In this document: one piece after another, positions 62,062-64,000 of the stretch
Numbering within the stretch: the first letter of the stretch is position 1
How the letters are laid out: each line of letters starts with the position of its first letter
Virus record (IMG/VR): IMGVR_UViG_3300042886_000261
Span: 32,001 to 96,000 of that record
DNA from: a virus
DNA length: 64,000 nt
Reading direction: 5' to 3' (one strand)
Notes under the pieces: generated by a model
The model's input: the letters and a program-made list of their open reading frames with translations, nothing else
What the model was told of the DNA's origin: nothing
The model's database searches: none
Position numbers and translations under genes: made by a program

Positions 62062-64000
62062 TATCTTTGTGATATTTGATTTTTACTATTGCTTAATTTA
62101 ATAATCATATTAACATCCTGTGAATCAGTTCTGCTCAAATATAAGAAATTTAAATAATTCCTGAATTTTTTTCTTTGCAGTTCTGTTTTATTATAATTTA
62201 AATTTGTTGGAGTTAATGTTTTTATATATCCATTAGATTGTGTTACCCATATTGATTCTTGATCATAACTTCCTGCTAATACTGTAGTACCTGGAACTAA
62301 TGGTCCTGTTGGAGGATAATTAGATCCAATTGGGAACTCACCTCTATTTCTTGTTATATCCCAGAATTGATTAAATCTATATTTATTTTCTTCTTTAGAG
62401 AATATTATATCTATAGATGTAGGATTAATAATTGGATATGTGTTAGCTAGAGTAATATTATTTTTAGGAAAGATATTAAGATTTAAGTATCCTGATACTT
62501 GTTCTGAATTAAATATTACTGCTTTATCAAAATTATAATCCAATACATGGAATTGATCTACACAGTTATTAGAATGATTTTTATAGCATTCAAGTATATA
62601 CTCTATAGATTTTAAAGTGGTAACTGTTTGTCCCGTAATAAGTGGTACTTCAACTTCAAATGGATGTTGGACTCCATAGAATTTACAGTAACTATTACAT
62701 ACTGCATTATGTTTCCATACCTTACCTGCTTTAGTTGTCATAAAGTATTGTCTTGCAGGCAATACAAAGTCTGGATGCCAGTCATGGAAAGATATCCAAA
62801 ACTCATTTTTAGGGTCAAAACTTGTAGTCCATGAAGCATCATCAAATATAAGTGGATTGCCTAATTCTAATCTTGATCTACCATCTACTAAGAAATAATC
62901 TCCATAAGAAAAATAAGTTACTCTACCTGCATATTCAGCTTTTAGTTTATAATCTTTTTTACAAAAATATACAATACCATTATAATTATCATATACTGCT
63001 TGAGTACCAATACCTGCTACAGGATTATCTGTATGTGGATAATCTGGAAAATCTTCAGTAAGTTTATATGGTAAGAATAAACTAAACCACCATTTCATTC
63101 CTGCTTGAGATACTTCTTTTAAACCTTGAGAAAATGAAAACACTCTTCCTTGATTTTGAGATATGTAATACATTCCTGCTGGAGTTGCAATAACACCAAA
63201 TTTATTTTGAGAAGATCCATACTCATATTCTACATCAGATATAGTAACATTCTGAGGAGGATTAGCAAATAAACCACCATCACCTATAGTAAGTTTAGTA
63301 CCTAATTCAGTTGTAAGAGTATCTACACCTTGATACATTAATGGACTAGCATTATAGAATGTAATAAACATACCAGTCTTAGCATAAGGTTTTATACTAG
63401 TAATTCTATTTTTAAAATCTTTATAGTTATTTACTAGATATACAAACCAAGAATCTTTTGCAGATCCATTTTGTTGTGGTAGTGAGTATATTACTCTATC
63501 AGGATAATAAGTATAACATAACTGAGATACATTAGGATTATAATATCTTGATTGAAGATTACCTTGTGAAAAATATTGTGTAAATATTTTAGATACACTT
63601 AATGAATAGTCATATGCATAATAGTTACCTAGTGTTATTGTATCAGGGTTTAAATTAAACATTGCTGGCAAATTAGTATATGTATTAGTATCATAATTTT
63701 TTTGCCAAGTCTCTAAACCTGGTTGTCTAAAATCTACTATTACATCTGACTCAACAAAGAAATCTCTTACTGAAGAATTTGCTAAATAAAAATATGAATC
63801 TTTAGCTCCTAATACTCCAGGATATGTATCTGGATTAGGTGGGTCATTTTCTGGTATATCAGTTGAATAATCATATTTACGTGAATTATTTACATAGTAA
63901 TCTAAATTATAAAAATCAGTTGGTAATGGTCCTGATCCTGGAGTTGGATTTAAAAAGTCAGCAGGAGTTAAATGACTCATATCATATTGTTCACTATTCA
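62061..64000 (-). CDS. Tail stabilisation/muzzle protein (P22 gp10-like, beta-rich); 5' end lies outside the window
   Basis: YGS.....V..TP.G.YY...G..F.F..GL..., SWT.SF......W.SFHDW.P. The frame stays open to position 64000. Confidence 0.7.
   Translation of the reverse strand, partial: NSEQYDMSHLTPADFLNPTPGSGPLPTDFYNLDYYVNNSRKYDYSTDIPENDPPNPDTYPGVLGAKDSYFYLANSSVRDFFVESDVIVDFRQPGLETWQKNYDTNTYTNLPAMFNLNPDTITLGNYYAYDYSLSVSKIFTQYFSQGNLQSRYYNPNVSQLCYTYYPDRVIYSLPQQNGSAKDSWFVYLVNNYKDFKNRITSIKPYAKTGMFITFYNASPLMYQGVDTLTTELGTKLTIGDGGLFANPPQNVTISDVEYEYGSSQNKFGVIATPAGMYYISQNQGRVFSFSQGLKEVSQAGMKWWFSLFLPYKLTEDFPDYPHTDNPVAGIGTQAVYDNYNGIVYFCKKDYKLKAEYAGRVTYFSYGDYFLVDGRSRLELGNPLIFDDASWTTSFDPKNEFWISFHDWHPDFVLPARQYFMTTKAGKVWKHNAVCNSYCKFYGVQHPFEVEVPLITGQTVTTLKSIEYILECYKNHSNNCVDQFHVLDYNFDKAVIFNSEQVSGYLNLNIFPKNNITLANTYPIINPTSIDIIFSKEENKYRFNQFWDITRNRGEFPIGSNYPPTGPLVPGTTVLAGSYDQESIWVTQSNGYIKTLTPTNLNYNKTELQRKKFRNYLNFLYLSRTDSQDVNMIIKLSNSKNQISQR

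Noticed and set aside
32239-63061. Short + strand or alternate-frame ORFs inside the structural block
   Set aside because: Shadows of the giant genes, no motifs
1-64000. Stop-codon reassignment (TAG or TGA), known in some crAss-like phages
   Set aside because: Multi-kb genes are intact under the standard code, and TAG/TGA end genes at sensible, tightly coupled junctions
1-64000. tRNA genes, integrase, transposase, reverse transcriptase/DGR
   Set aside because: None recognised by eye, and intergenic gaps are very short. A tRNAscan/HMM run would be needed to exclude them fully

Overview
This is an AT-rich (roughly 28-30% GC by eye) 64-kb segment of a crAss-like (Crassvirales) dsDNA phage. The host is probably an environmental Bacteroidota, judging from a Bacteroidota-type lipoprotein, a Bacteroidota-type ClpS and Flavobacterium-phage-like small ORFs. 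The + strand (1-25.7 kb) carries early/accessory and replication genes: HNH, SF2 helicase, ClpS, NinB-like, UDG, DnaB, Sak4-like ATPase, SSB, primase, GIY-YIG, DUF6878 x2/DUF6915, VWA-metallopeptidase plus MoxR ATPase, exonuclease VIII-like, PolB and DUF932. It converges at terminators near 25.8 kb with a - strand block of virion genes: muzzle/stabilisation protein, several cargo proteins and a ~4,170-aa virion RNA polymerase polyprotein. Main observations: (1) Four consecutive putative ejected proteins (~7,750 aa in total) contain only six cysteines by manual scan. All six sit at the extreme termini, arranged so that each C-terminal Cys faces the N-terminal Cys of the next gene product, suggesting a covalently daisy-chained injection cargo. 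(2) The RNAP C-terminal region is a series of domain cassettes (unknown domain, SLOG, RecD/Dda helicase) bounded by repeated DNA linkers encoding (KA)TxQPSTSV. (3) The true RNAP start is separated from the main ORF by a +1 frameshift in an A10 run. All calls come from reading motifs by eye; no database searches were run.
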